From Squalus acanthias (taxonomy: Eukaryota): 64,000 nt of DNA. The stretch is taken from contig CM059435.1 of NCBI GenBank assembly GCA_030390025.1, positions 72,292,001 to 72,356,000 on the forward strand, written 5' to 3'. Below the pieces are notes generated by a model, which worked only from the letters and a program-made list of their open reading frames with translations, was not told where the DNA came from and searched no databases. The position numbers were made by a program, and so were the translations under genes. This document shows, piece after piece, positions 1 through 12,521 of the stretch (position 1 is its first letter; every line of letters starts with the position of its first letter).

Positions 1-230
1 AGTTTCGTGGGGGAGGGATTGTAGGAGAGTACATGAGGAGAGGAAGCCATTTAAATGTCAGCTATGGAAATGGGTGATCTCTCTTTTATTTTTTCTCTCT
101 CTTCTCCCCTCCCCTATTCAGCCAAATCAGTTAAAGAAAGAAAGACTTGAAAAACAAAAGCTGAACAGATAACCAGTGTGATTTATTTTCTGTTCAGGTT
201 AATGATAGTGTGCTATACAGACACAAAGGT

Positions 231-325
231 TGTAATTTTGACTTTGTGTGGTAGTGTAAAATGGGTGATGGCGAATCGACAGCCCATTTTACATCTCTCA
301 ATTTAAAAAAAAGTCAGAAGTAACA
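231..325. repeat. Short palindromic MITE-like relic
   Basis: Inner inverted repeat tgtaaaatggg...cccattttaca with weaker outer arms (ttttgacttt / aaagtcagaa). Confidence 0.35.
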
Positions 326-1044
326 TGTAGTAAATGGACTGGCAAAATGATTTACCTTATTGAGGTTTTGTCTCTTCTCCTGACTTTGTTCGTCTCCCTC
401 TCAGGCTGCAGAAATAACTTCCTCTGTTATTGGTTTGGTGCCAATTCCTTCCTTTGAGATTCTAAAGACTTACAGCTGTGCAGCTAGTCACATTGGAGGC
501 ACTATGCATTGTAAATGGTGCTGTAGGACCTAAGGAGAGTCAGGGCGGGAGCGGACCTAGGGGAGAAATGGTTCTAAATTCAATAATTTCCCAATGATAT
601 TGCAATGTTGCTCAGTCACATAAGAACGAGAGTGGGATGTTTCCGTCCTTGTGTTACACCTGCACTCTGTGGAGACAGAAGTGTGATTGTTCTGCGAGTT
701 GAAAGGTGTTGAATTATTAAAGTGTTCTACTAGCCCTGAGAATGCACAAGCTGTTACAAAAATTTAAATGGCTGCAGCTCATGGCACTGAATGCCTTTTC
801 TAGTGGATGCATGCTGCTGCCCTTTTCTGTTCGCCTGCCTCAAGTTGACAATAATCACAAAGTGACGGGCCTTGACTCCAGCAAATGACGCTTTCCTCAG
901 GAAAAAGTAGAGGCGAACCATTTGGCAATAAAACCAGCCAGACATTTCAGTGACTGCGAATGTAATGCTACGTGGAGCTGCTGATTGGCCGTTCAGAGGG
1001 CGCTGCGAACACTCGCATCTACTGGCACAGGAAGATGATTGTGC

Positions 1045-1226
1045 ATTGTCGCTGGGTCAAAATCCTGCAACTCCCTACCCAACAGCACTGTGAGAGCACC
1101 TTCACCACACGGACTGCAGCAGCTCAAAGAGGCTACTCGCCACCGCCTTCTCAAGGGCAACTAGGGATGGGCAATAAATGGCAGCCTTGCTAACGACGCC
1201 CATATTCCGAGAATGAATTAAAAAAA
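1045..1226 (+). mobile_element. 3' end of LINE family B (CR1/L2-group)
   Basis: Matches the 3' end of the 5393-6342 element (gggtcaaaatcc...gggatgggcaataaatg...gaatgaa plus A-tail). Confidence 0.8.
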
Positions 1227-1812
1227 TATACACCGGGAAGTTTTGCAGGAAATGTGACAGCAGAAAGAGATTGATAGCAAAGAAAAAAATGACTTCATTA
1301 GATTAAAAAAAACCTATTGAAAACGATTGAGTTTTCAAGATACCAACAAAAGCAATAGCGCACAGAATCCATTGTATAATGTAAATCTCCAGCACTGTAA
1401 TCAATGGGTCCGAGGACTGTGGTGAAAAAAGTCGTATAATCCAAAATAAATTGTGGGACAGCTGAATGGATATTTTGGTTTCTGAGATTTTGGGTTGAAT
1501 CTAATTGCTAGATGGCAGTGAAGAGACTGTCAGATCGTTTTATTAGTGAGCTGGGATCTGCAGGCTGCACTTTCAACTACAGCTCTCTGCTCACCCACGA
1601 AGGATTAAATTACTTCAAGCCCTGTGAAACAAATGAATACAGATTGTAACGGGCAAGTCCAGTTTGTGCTTCTGTTGTGGAGCATCAGTAAAAATAACAC
1701 AAAACTAATCTGAACCTAACTCTCAATTCAGAATAAACGATGTGGTTGTTCCCAGTGCAACTCTTTTTCAAAACAATCTGAGGATCCTTTCTTTACAGTG
1801 CTGGAGATTTAC

Positions 1813-2375
1813 AGAAAGAAAGAACTTGCATTTATAGGAGATTTGATAGAGGTGTTCAAAATTTTGAGGGGTCTTGATAGAGTAAATAAGGAGAAAGTTT
1901 TTTCCACTGGCAGGAGGGTCGGTGACCAGACGACACCGATTTAAGGTAATTGGCAAAAGAACCAGAGGGGAGAAGAGGAGAATTTTGTTTAAGCAGTGAG
2001 TTATTATGATCTGGAATGCACTGCCTGAAGCAGATTCAGGAGTAACTTTCAAAGGGGAATTGGATAACTAATTGGAAAAAAATTGCAGGGCTATGGGGAA
2101 AGAGCGGGGGAGTGGGACTAATTGGATAGCTCTTTCAAAGAGCCGGCACAGGCACGATGGGCCGAATGGTCTCCTTCTGTGCTGTATGTTTCTATGATTT
2201 CTATATGGCGCCTTTTGCAACCTCAGGACATCCCAAAACTCTTTACAGACAATTAAGTACTTTTGAAGTGTAGTCATTGATAATGTAGGAAAAATGGCAG
2301 CCATTTTGTGCACAGCAAGCTCCTACAAACAGCAATGTGATAATGATCAGATAATCTGTTTTAGTGATGTTGGTC
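1813..2375 (-). mobile_element. Deu-type SINE 3' half, interrupted by a CR1 fragment
   Basis: aaagaaagaacttgcatttata (1813-1836) resumes as tggcgccttt...gatgttggt after 2205; homologous to the 40258-40605 copy. Confidence 0.7.
1837..2204 (+). mobile_element. CR1 LINE 3' fragment
   Basis: Encodes GDLIEVFKILRGLDRV-type CR1 ORF2 C-terminus, then 3' UTR and ttctatgatttctat tail. Confidence 0.85.
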
Positions 2376-2861
2376 GTACAATGGATTCTCTGTGTTATTG
2401 TGTATGTCAGTACTTTGTTTTCTTCAAGTGTTGTTTTGAATTATTTTTGGAAGAGACTGAATAATGCTTTCTAGATAAATGGGCAATGCATAAATATGAT
2501 GCAATTTGACTACATCACTTTTGTTTCCCTGAATTTATTGTAACTAATAGTAAAGATTCTATACCACATCATTGTAAATGATTTTAAACCAATAGTTAAA
2601 GATGGAAGTAGTGCTATATAAAGGGCAACATGCTATTGTTTACCTGTCTTCCACTGGCGTGAACCATTTAATTGCCCAAATGGCATCTTGAGTCCTTTCT
2701 GTCCATTCAAGTATTCTCTAATTTGAAGCAAAATGTTGCGAAGAAATATTTGCATTTACATAGCACCTTATTATGTCTTTGAAAAATGTCTCAAATCACT
2801 TCACACAAATTCCTTTTTGAAATGCGGTCACCGCTATAAAAACAAATACGGCAGCCCATTT

Positions 2862-5026
2862 TAATATGATAAGGCAGGATCTGGCCAAAGTGGATTGGGA
2901 TAAGCTACTTGTAGGAAAATCCACATCAGAGCAGTGGGCGTCTTTCAGAAAGGAAATAGAGAGAGTACAACGCCAACATGTTCCCGTAAAGGTCAAGGGT
3001 GGGACCAACAAGCCCAGGGAATCCTGAATGTCAAGGGGTATACAAGAATGTATTAGAAAAAAAAGGGAGGCTTTTGGCAGATACAAAGGACTAAAAACAG
3101 TGGAAGCCCTAGAGGAGTATAGAAAGTGCAGGGGGGTACTTAAAAAAGAAATTAGGAGAGCGAAGAGGGGGCATGAAAAAACACTGGCGGGCAAAATAAA
3201 GGAAAATCCCAAGGTGTTTTATAAGTATATTAAGGGCAAGAGGATAACCAGGTAAAGAGTAGGGCCCATTAGGGACCACAGTGGCAATCTGTGTGTAGAG
3301 CCGAAAGATGTGAGTGAGGTTTTAAATGAATATTTTGCATCTGTGTTCACTATGGAGAAGGGTGATGTAGGCATAGAAATCAGGCAGGGGGATTATGATA
3401 TACTTGGACAAATTAATACTGAGAGGGAGGAGGTACTAGCGGTTTTAGCGGGCTTAAAAGTGGATAAATCCCCAAGCCCAGACGAGGTGTATCCCAGGCT
3501 GCTGTGTGAGGCAAGGGAGGAGATTGCAGGGGCTCTGACGCAAATTTTCAGAACCTCTCTGGCCACAGGGGAGGTGCCAGAGGATTGGAGGACAGCTAAC
3601 ATAGTACCATTATTCAAGAAGGGTAGTAGGGATAAACCAGGGAATTACAGGCCAGTGAGCCTAACATCAGTGGTAGGGAAATTATTGGAAAAAATTCTGA
3701 GGGACAGAATTAGTCTCCACTTGGAGAGGCAAGGATTAATCAAGGATAGTCAGCATGGCTTTGTCAGGGGGAGATCATGTCTAACCAATTTGATTGAATT
3801 TTTCGAGGGGGTGACTAGGTGTGTGGATGAGGGTAGTGCAGTTGATGTGGTCTACATGGACTTCAGTAAGGCTTTTGACAAAGTCCCACATGGGAGACTG
3901 GTCAAAAAGGTAAGAGCCCATGTGATTCAGGGCAATTTGGCACATTGGATCCAAAATTGGCTTAGTGGCAGGAGGCAGAGGGTGATGGTCGAAGGTTGTT
4001 TTTGTGACTGGAAGCCTGTGTCCAGTGGTGTACCGCAGGGATCGGTGCTGGGTCCTTTGCTGTTTGTAGTGTACATTAATGATTTAGATATGAATGTAGG
4101 AGGTATGATCAGTAAGTTCGCAGATGACACAAAAATTGGTGGGGTGTTAAATAGCGAGGAGGGAAGCCTCAGGCTACAGGACGATATAGATGGGTTGGTC
4201 AGATGGGCAGAACAGGGCAAATGGAATTTAACCCTGAAAAGTGTGAGGTGATGCATTTTGGGAGGACTAACAAGGCAAGGGAATACACAATGAATGGTAG
4301 GACCCTAGGAAGGACAGAGGATCAGAGGGACCTTGGTGTGCATGTACATAGATCCCTGAAGGCAGCAGGACAGGTAGATAAGGTGGTTAAAAAGGCACAT
4401 GGGATACTTGCCTTCATTAGCCGAGGCATAGAATATAAGAGGAGGGAGGTTATGATGGAGCTGTATTAAACGTTAGTTAGGCCACAGCTGGAATACTGTG
4501 TGCAGTTCTGGTCGCCACACTATAGGAAGGATGTGATTGCATTGGAGAGGGTGCAGAGGAGATTCAACAGGATGTTACCTGGGCTGGAGCGCTTCAGCTA
4601 TGAAGAGAGACTGGACAGGCTGGGGTTGTTTTCCTTAGAGCAGAGAAGACTGAGGGGGGACCTGATTGAGGTGTACAAAATTATGAGGGGCATAGATAGG
4701 GTAGATAGAAAGGAACTTTTCCCCTTAGTAGAGGGGTCAATAACCAGGGGGCATAGTTTCAAGGTAAGGGGCAGGAGGGTTAGAGGGGATTTGAGGAAAA
4801 ACTTTTTCACCCAGAGGGTGGTTGGAATCTGGAACTCACTGCCTGAAAGAGGCAGGAACCCTCACAACATTCAAGAAGCATTTAGATGAGCACTTGAAAT
4901 GCCATAGCATACAAGGCTATGGACCAAGTGCTGGAAAATGGGATTGGAATAGATAGGGCTTGATGGCCGGCGCAGACACGATGGGCCGAAGGGCCTCTTT
5001 CTGTGCTGTATAAATCTATGACTCTA
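2862..5026 (+). mobile_element. CR1 LINE, 5'-truncated, disrupted ORF2 (RT)
   Basis: ORF pieces 3028-3255, 3310-4251 (PGNYRPVSLTS, GVPQGSVLGP, SKFADDTK), 4203-4469, 4500-4889; stop at 3253, frameshift near 4215; tctatgactctat tail; inserted in a SINE fragment (ggcagcccattt | ttgcacgcagc). Confidence 0.95.
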
Positions 5027-5051
5027 TTTGCACGCAGCAAGATTTCCTACA

Positions 5052-6843
5052 CAACTAAATATTGGGAAGACCGAAGCCATTGTCTTCGGTCCCTACCACA
5101 AACTCTGTTCCCTGATCACTGTTTCCATCCCTCTCCTTGGCAACAGTCTGAAAGTTCCCAACTGTGGTGTTGTGTTTGACTCCGAGATGAGTTTCCAACT
5201 ACATATCTGCTCTATCAGCAAGACCGCCTACTTCCACCTCCGTAAAATTGCCCGACTCTGATCCTGCCTCAGCTCATCTGCTGCTGAAACCCTCATCCAT
5301 GCCTTTGTTGCCTCTAGACTTGACTATTCCAATGCTCTCCAGGCTGGCTTCCCATCTTCCACCCTGCATAAACTTATGCAGATCCAAAACTCATCAATGC
5401 TTCTGCAATAACCTTCCCTCCATCATAAGGTCACAAGTGGGGATGTTTGCTAATGTATGCACAGTGTTCAGTTCCATTCGCAACTCCTCAGATAATGAAG
5501 CAGTCCATGCCCTCATGCAGTAAGACCTGGATGACATTCAGGCTTCGGCTGATAAGTGAAAAGTAACATTCGCACCGCACAAGTGCCAGGCAATGACTAT
5601 CTCCAACAAGCAAGAGTCTAAACGCCGCCCCTTGACATTCAACATTATAACCATCACAGAATCCCCCACCATCAACATCCTGGGTGTCACTGTTGAACAG
5701 AAAATTAACTGGACCAGCCACATAAATACTGTGGCTGCAAGAGCAGGTCAGAGGCTAGGTATTCTGTGGCGTGTGTCTCACCTCCTGACTCCCCAAATCC
5801 TTTCCACCATCTACAAGACACAAGTCAGGAGTGTGATGGAATACTCTCCACTTGCCTGGATGAGTGCAGCTCCAACAACACTCAAGAAGCTCGACACCAT
5901 CCAGGACAAAGCAGTCCGCTTGATTGGCACTCCATCCACCACCTTAAACATTCACTCCCTCCATCACCGGCGCACCGTGGCTGCAGTTTGTACCATCTAC
6001 AAGATGCACTACAGCAACTTGCCAAGGTTTCTTCGACAGCACTTCCCAAACCCGCGACCTCTACCACCTAGAATGACATGGGCAGCAGTCGCATGGGAAC
6101 ACCATCACCTCCAAGTTCCCCTCTAAGTCACACACCATCCTGACTTGGAAGTATATCGCCATTCCTTCATCGTCACTGGGTCAAAATCCTAGAACTCCCT
6201 CCCTAACAGCACTATGGGAGTACCTTCACCACACGGACTGCAACGGTTCAAGAAGGCAGCTCACCATCACCTTCTCAATGGCAATTAGGGATGGGCAATA
6301 AATGCTGGCCTTGCCAGCGATGCCCCCCGGAACGAATGAAAAAAAACTCTGCTGCTCGTATGTTAACTCGCACCAAGTCCCATTCACCCATCACCCCTGT
6401 GCTTGCTGACCTAAACTGGCTCCCAGTCCAACAATGCCTCAATTTTAAAATCCTCATCCAATTTTTCAAATCCCTCCATGGCCTCGCCCCTCCCTATCTC
6501 TATAACCTTCTCCAGCCCTACAAGCCTTCAAGATCTCTGCGCTCCTCCAATTCTGGCATCTTGCTCAACCCCGATTTTAATCGGTCCAACCTTGGCGGCC
6601 GTGCCATCAGCTGCCTCGGCCGCAAGCTCCGGAATTCCCTCCCTAAACCTTTCCGCCTCACTACCTCTCCTCCTTTAAGATGCTCCTTAAAACCTACCTC
6701 TTTGACCAAGCTTTTGGTTATCTTTTCTGATATCTCCTTCTTTGACTTAGTTTCAACATATTTTTGATAACGCTCCTGTGAAGCGCCTTGGGACGTTTTG
6801 CTCCATTAAAGGCGCTATATAAATGCAATTTGTTGTTGTTGTT
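5052..6843 (+). mobile_element. L2 LINE 3' portion, split by the 5393-6342 insertion
   Basis: QLNIGKTEAIVFG, KTAYFHLRKIARL, NSAARMLTRTK..SPITPVLADLNWLPV motifs; ends taaaggcgctatataaatgcaa followed by (gtt)n. Confidence 0.85.
5393..6342 (+). mobile_element. LINE family B (CR1/L2-group), 5'-truncated, nested in L2
   Basis: RT C-terminal ORF 5593-6126 (YKTQVRSVMEYSPLAW); A-rich tail; 7-bp TSD aaaactc at 5386-5392 and 6343-6349. Confidence 0.9.
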
Positions 6844-7164
6844 GAGATGAATGACCAGTTGATAGTGAGGTGAGTGAGTGAGTAGTTATGATGCTTTACA
6901 ATAAATATGGGAGACAGGGTGCAAAAGCTGCAGCAAGACGATGGGGACTGTGAACAGGAGGATCAAACTGTAGTGGAGCGCGATTTATAAATAGCTGAGG
7001 TGATGTTTGGCTGGTTAATCAATTAGTTGAGCTGTAACTGTCTGTAATTGATTCAGAGCCATACTGGGGGAGGGGAAAATATTGCAGAAAATATATTTGG
7101 CATGGAAGTGTCCACATCTCTGTGATGTAGCCCCGACGCAGACCATGTTGTTATAACATTGTTT

Positions 7165-7380
7165 GTCTCGGCCAACATTTATCCCTCAACCAACATCACC
7201 AAAATAGATTATCTGGTCATTATCTCATTGCTGTTTGTGGGAGCTTGCTGTGTGCAACTTGGCTGCCATGTTTCCTACTTTACAACAGTGACTACACTTC
7301 AAAAGTATTTAATTGACTGTAAAGTGCTTTGGGACATCTTTAGGTTGTGAAAGGCGCTAGATAAAGGGAAGTTTTTTTTT
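7165..7380 (+). mobile_element. Deu-type SINE 3' half
   Basis: ggccaacatttatccctcaaccaacatcac...aaaggcgctagataaa, homologous to 57692-58065. Confidence 0.75.
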
Positions 7381-8589
7381 GCATCATGTAAAGGCTTGAC
7401 AGTTACATAGAAATTATTAGCTGTTGAAATTAGAAATTTAAATAAAGGTCTAGAAGTCCTCAATAACATCTCGTGGCATTTTATATAATGAGTGATCATG
7501 TTTGGTGAGATATCTTCAGTCAAATTTAAATTTCCCTTAGTCATTACAGTCTACTCATTTTTCTCAATGTTCTCCCTCCAACATCCTGTTTTTATTGTTA
7601 CCTCTCACTCTGCGCCATTAAAGAATATACATTTTAAAAACCTGCAATAATCACCCCTTTTAACAGGATCCCACACACCAAAGTGTGACTCGATTTTTTA
7701 TTAAATATGTGTTGTAAATTTAATAACTCGCTTGTGATTTTTTGTTGCTCACAGTGCTGGTGCATCATCCACACATATTTCATAAAAGCCTGCAACAGAA
7801 GTGTTTGTATAAAGTCTGCGGTATGCAATTTTGTTACCCAGCTCGTCATGCTTGTAAAAGGTCCCCATTATAGTTATATAAATATTCACAGTATCAAATT
7901 CAAAATGTATATAAGCCTGCAAATCACACCATGCTATATTATTGTATGAACACTTGATGAATTTTTAGGAAATTCTTTTCTCCATTATTTTAGTGAGAAT
8001 GGGAATTTTAGTGGAATTCTATTGAAGCAGCAGGTAGATCAGTTTGACATGGTTGTAATACACACTTGTAAAATACTATTGCACGGTGTAATATCCAAGC
8101 TCTATATTCTAATTGTACAAACAGAGCGCTGAATGGAAGGCTGCATTCACTTGCAAGGAACCCCTAGTTAACTCACAACTCACAGTCACAGATAATTATC
8201 AGTTATTGGGTGGAGATCACAATAGAAAAAGAGTTTAAAATCCAGCCTCAAGTAAATCTATTTCTCAGCTTAGATCAATACAAATGTTGCAAGGACATTT
8301 CAACCTGGTTTTAGAACTGTAGACCTGAAGAGGAGCCAAACAACATTCAAACAGACGCAAACTGTGTGTTTATTTGTTCAAACTGTTATTTTGGAATTGG
8401 TTGACGGTTATTCAAATCGACAACTGTTGGGGAATATATATGTGAAAGAGCTGAATTAATGGAAGTGAGTTGGAAGAATCTGCTTCGAACTTTGAAGAGT
8501 TAAATCAGGCTCGGTCACCTTCTGTAGTGGTGAGAAATATAAGAAGAAAAGAATCATTGTGTAGATAAAATATTAATTGAAAAGAATCG

Positions 8590-8812
8590 GAACATTAGGA
8601 ACAGGAGGAGGCCATTCAGCCAACCGAGCCTTCTCCGCCATTCAATTAGATCATGGCTGATCGGCACTTCAACTCCATTTACCGGCCTTTGCTCCATATC
8701 CCTTTGATACCCTTACTGAGCTATCGATATCAGTCTGGAAGTTCCACTTGACCCAGCAGCCACAGCCTTTTGGGGGAGAGAATTACAGATTTCTACTACC
8801 CTTTGTGTGAAA
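8590..8812 (-). mobile_element. CR1 3' end fragment
   Basis: ggaacaggaggaggccattcagcc...gatcatggctgatc is the reverse complement of the CR1 3' UTR seen elsewhere in the window. Confidence 0.75.
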
Positions 8813-9887
8813 ACGTCATTTAGGATAGAGATTCTGACCTTTTCTTTTGCGGAACTTCTTTGGAGGAGCTAGATAGTGTAACATCTACTGCAAATCTATA
8901 TGTGCTGTATTAGTGTTAGTCAGTTCACCTTTTGTGTGTGATACAATGCTGTTTATCGAGGATGAGAGAAGAATTGTAGAGGCACGGGTTAATTCCAATA
9001 GCTAAAAATAATTATCAGAAAGGTTTTGCTGTTCATTGTCCTGGACATGTTAACAAAAGCTCGCCTGGAATCCAGGCTGGTGAGGATACTCTTGAAGTGA
9101 CGGGGAGTTGGGACTCTCCTAGAATAGTAATCTCAAATACAGAAGCCATAAAACTTAGAGTAAGGAGGGCGGAAAAGACCCCAAAATGTAACATTCATCA
9201 TAAGGCATGACCAATGGCCATGTCGTATATGAAGCATCAGTGATGAAGAGCTTTGGGAGTCATTTATAACCGTGGAGTGGGCGGATCAGATAACTCATTT
9301 AATGACAGTTGCAAGTGAGTGTGCTGAGTACTCTGACTGAGATATATGCCCACACTCAAGGGTGTACAGAATGTCTGATGTTTCTATTGCGATAGAATAC
9401 TACCAATCTCAATGTGCTAGTCTGCACAGATCAGTAATCTGAATGGGGTGATGTACTGACCAGTTTGAATTAGATGCCATACATCTAAAAATTCAAATGA
9501 ATGCGTCAAGAGAGGCTGGTGAAAGTGACACTTTTGAAGTTCCACTTAAAAGCTAGCAGAATACAATGTAAAAAATAAATAAAAAGGGCTAATTTACCTT
9601 TTTTGGCATGATTTTGTTTGCAACAATCCAGTTGTTATTCCATATCAGGATGGTCAATGCTGTTGGTCCATTCTGGTGCAGAGCTCTGAAATGACGTGTG
9701 ATGACAAGGGAGTGCTGGACACTGAGTATCGTGAGCTTAAAAGAGTACTGCCCACTGGGAGAAGAGTAACAGATCATTGTCTACTGCTGATCTTGGCGTA
9801 AAGTGCTTTCTCATTCTTGCGCAACAGTTCCACTCTGAAAATAACTATTATATGGATTATTACAAGCTAAAGCACAGACAAACTATA

Positions 9888-11612
9888 GGGCTAGAAATTC
9901 ATGTACTCACCGGCACTTCGTAGCGCCATGAAATGCCAATAAAATGCCTCTTCCCCTTTGCGCTGCCGGTAACTGGCAATGCCCTGCAAAAATAAAATGG
10001 CGGAGCGGTGACGTCAATTGGCGTGCAACGCTGACTTAACATCGCCAATGCGACATCGACCCTAGCGCTGAATTCAGCGCTGGGTCCTAAGCACGCTGAC
10101 AGTGGCAATGTTTGCAGCTTTTAAAGGGACACACACATCATTCAGGTAAGTTTGAATTTAAGGGTTTGGACTGGATTTTTTTGATTTTATAGAAGTGGTG
10201 GCTTGTCGAAATAGATGTGAAAAGTTTAATGTGTAGGGAGTGCTGCTGGATGCTTGCAAGGGCTCGAACGGTAAATGAAGGCCTTTGCGAAGACAGAACA
10301 TGCTGCGAATACTCAGCAGATCATGCATCATCCGTAGAGAGAAAAACAGAGTTCACGTCTCAGGTCGACATGCTGCCTGACCAACTGAGTATTTCCAGAA
10401 TTTTATGCTGTCATTTCACATTTACAGCATCCACTTGCAGAGGGAAGAGGAAGACGCAGAAGAGGAGGAATCAGACGGAAGGGTGCATGCCAGACAGCCC
10501 CTTTGTGGCCGGGATATCCGGGATGGAATCCTCTGCCTACGGTCCCACTGGCTGGGCAGGCTGCCTCTTCTTGTTGACCCACTGGCTGGGCAGGCTGAAT
10601 TTCTTGGGTGTGTGAAATGAGGAAGGCACAAGGGTGGAGTTTTGCTGACAGGAGGGCGGGAAAGCAAGAGGTGCATGCCAGAAGGGGGATAACGTATGAG
10701 GATACCCGCATCTTGTATCCTTTCAGCTCCGCTGTTGGCCAAGGGCTCAACCATGCCCCTGCCAAGAATGGCCTGCACCATCTCCTCCAAGGGGATGAGT
10801 TGAGGCTAGAAATGGTAGATGTGCCTCGTCATTGGTGCAGATTGTTGGTAGGTGAGTGATTGGGGGTTGTGCATTGAGCAGTGTGTGAGGCTAGTGGTGC
10901 AGTTGGTAGGTGACGGCTTTTGAAGATGCATTCACTGACCTTGACCAGTAGTCTGAGGTCATGAAGCTTCTTTGGGCACCGGAGCTAGGTGGTGGGGGCG
11001 ACACTGCTGGCAGTGATGGCCTTGGTGATGTACTGTCATATCGTTCTTTCTGGAGGGCCTGTGGGTAGAGGGCCACTCTTGCAGTGTTGACCCCCTGCAC
11101 AAAGCTGGAGTGCTGCGTGTGAGACCCTCGGTGCCCCTTCACTGGCTTGCTGAGCCATTTGTGTTAGAGCTGAGGCAGTTTTCCCATTTGTTGAGGTTGG
11201 GAAGGTAATTCAGCTTTAACAGCTGAATATTCACGTTTGGAACTTCTTTTAAATATTGAATATTTCTTAAAAGGTAGAGAGGGCTGAAAAATGTATTGAT
11301 TCACAGCATTTTATTTTGTATTGCTTCAGTGTGCATGGCCCCTTTAAATCGCAGACCTCTTCATTGCCCACAATTCCTTGAGCTCTACAACTTCGCCCAC
11401 AGAGGCTGTGGGAAGCAGCAACGCTGGACCTGGACAGGAACTTCGTCCCGGATCCCTCCAGCAACGCCACCAGGACGGCGTTGCACGGAAGGTGAGTGCT
11501 GCGCCACCTATCTCCACGCGCCCCCCCCCAGACCAATTTCATTTGGTTAGCGTTGTGGCCATTTCCAGTGGCCGTTAACTGTACTTTGTTGGCGAACACA
11601 AATTTTTCCCCC
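9888..11612. mobile_element. Internally deleted PIF/Harbinger derivative (transposase C-terminal relic on +, Myb/SANT-like gene relic on -)
   Basis: Ends gggctagaaatt / aatttttccccc resemble the MITE TIRs. On +, acidic tail EEEDAEEEESDGRVHARQPLCGRDIRDGIL (~10440-10535). On -, CPKKLHDLRLLVK near 10940-10980 followed by a GT, and LEEMVQAILGRGMVEPLA near 10740-10790. No matching TSD, so it may be composite. Confidence 0.6.
10292..10432. mobile_element. Penelope-type short palindromic insertion
   Basis: Arms tgctgcgaatactcagcag...ctgagtatttccagaa; related to the 39370-39470 fragment. Confidence 0.55.
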
Positions 11613-11754
11613 TATCTTCCTACACAAGGCACACAGAGGAAACCTTCCTCCTAGACATGAAAAGGAATTAATAAAGGATTAGTTTCAAAAGCAAGAATGT
11701 GATGGCATGATTACATCTTGCATGGAAAATGATAGCCTGGAAAGAATATTCTGA

Positions 11755-12521
11755 TGTGTGGGGAAGTGAGGGGTCATCCACTTTGGACTGAAGAAAGATA
11801 GATCAGAGGATTTTCTAAATGGTAAGAAGCTAGGAACTGTGGAGGAACCGAGAGTTTTATGGGTCCAAGTACATAAATCACTAGAAGCTAATGGACAGGT
11901 ACAAAAAATAATTAAAACTGGAATGTTAGCCTTTATCTCAAGAGGGCGTGAATACAAAGGGGTGGAAGTTATGTTACATTTGTATAAAGCTCTGGTTAGA
12001 CTGCAACTTGAGTACTGCGTTCAGTTCTGGGCACTGCCTCTCAGGAAGGATATATGAGCCTTGGAGCAGGTGCAACTCAGATTCACCAGAATGATACCAG
12101 GGCTTAAAGGGTCAAATTATGAGGACAGGTTGCATAGACTAGGCTTGTATTCCCTTGAGTACAGAAGATTAAGGGGTGATAGAAACTATTTCCTCTGGTG
12201 GGGGGAGTCCAGAACAAGGGGGCATAACCTTCAAATTAGAGCTAGGCCGTTCAGGGGTGATGTTCGGAAGCACTTCTTCACATAAAGCTTAGTGGAAATC
12301 TGGAACTCTCTCCCTCAAAAAGCTGTTGAGGCTCGGACAATTGAAAATTTCAAAACAGAGGTATATAGATTTTTGTTGGGTAAGGGTATTAAGGAATATG
12401 GGGCAAAGGCGGGTAAATGGAGTTGAAGTACAGAACAGCAATGATCTAACTGAATGGTGAAAAAGGCTCAAGGGGCTGAATGGTGTCCTCCTGTTCCTAT
12501 ATTCCTTTCTATGTTCCTATG
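11755..12521 (+). mobile_element. CR1 LINE 3' portion, degenerate
   Basis: LYKALVRLQLEYCVQFW, RFTRMIPGLK..YEDRL..LGLYSLE; ttcctat-type tail. Confidence 0.9.

Noticed and set aside
2796-4810. Minus-strand ORFs over CR1, and similar antisense ORFs over other LINEs and the Gypsy
   Set aside because: Shadow frames of RT coding sequence with no independent motifs.
9598-9685. 88-nt minus-strand exon-like segment (tttcag...aag|gtaaat)
   Set aside because: Short pyrimidine tract, unrecognisable peptide and no partner exon; compatible with chance.
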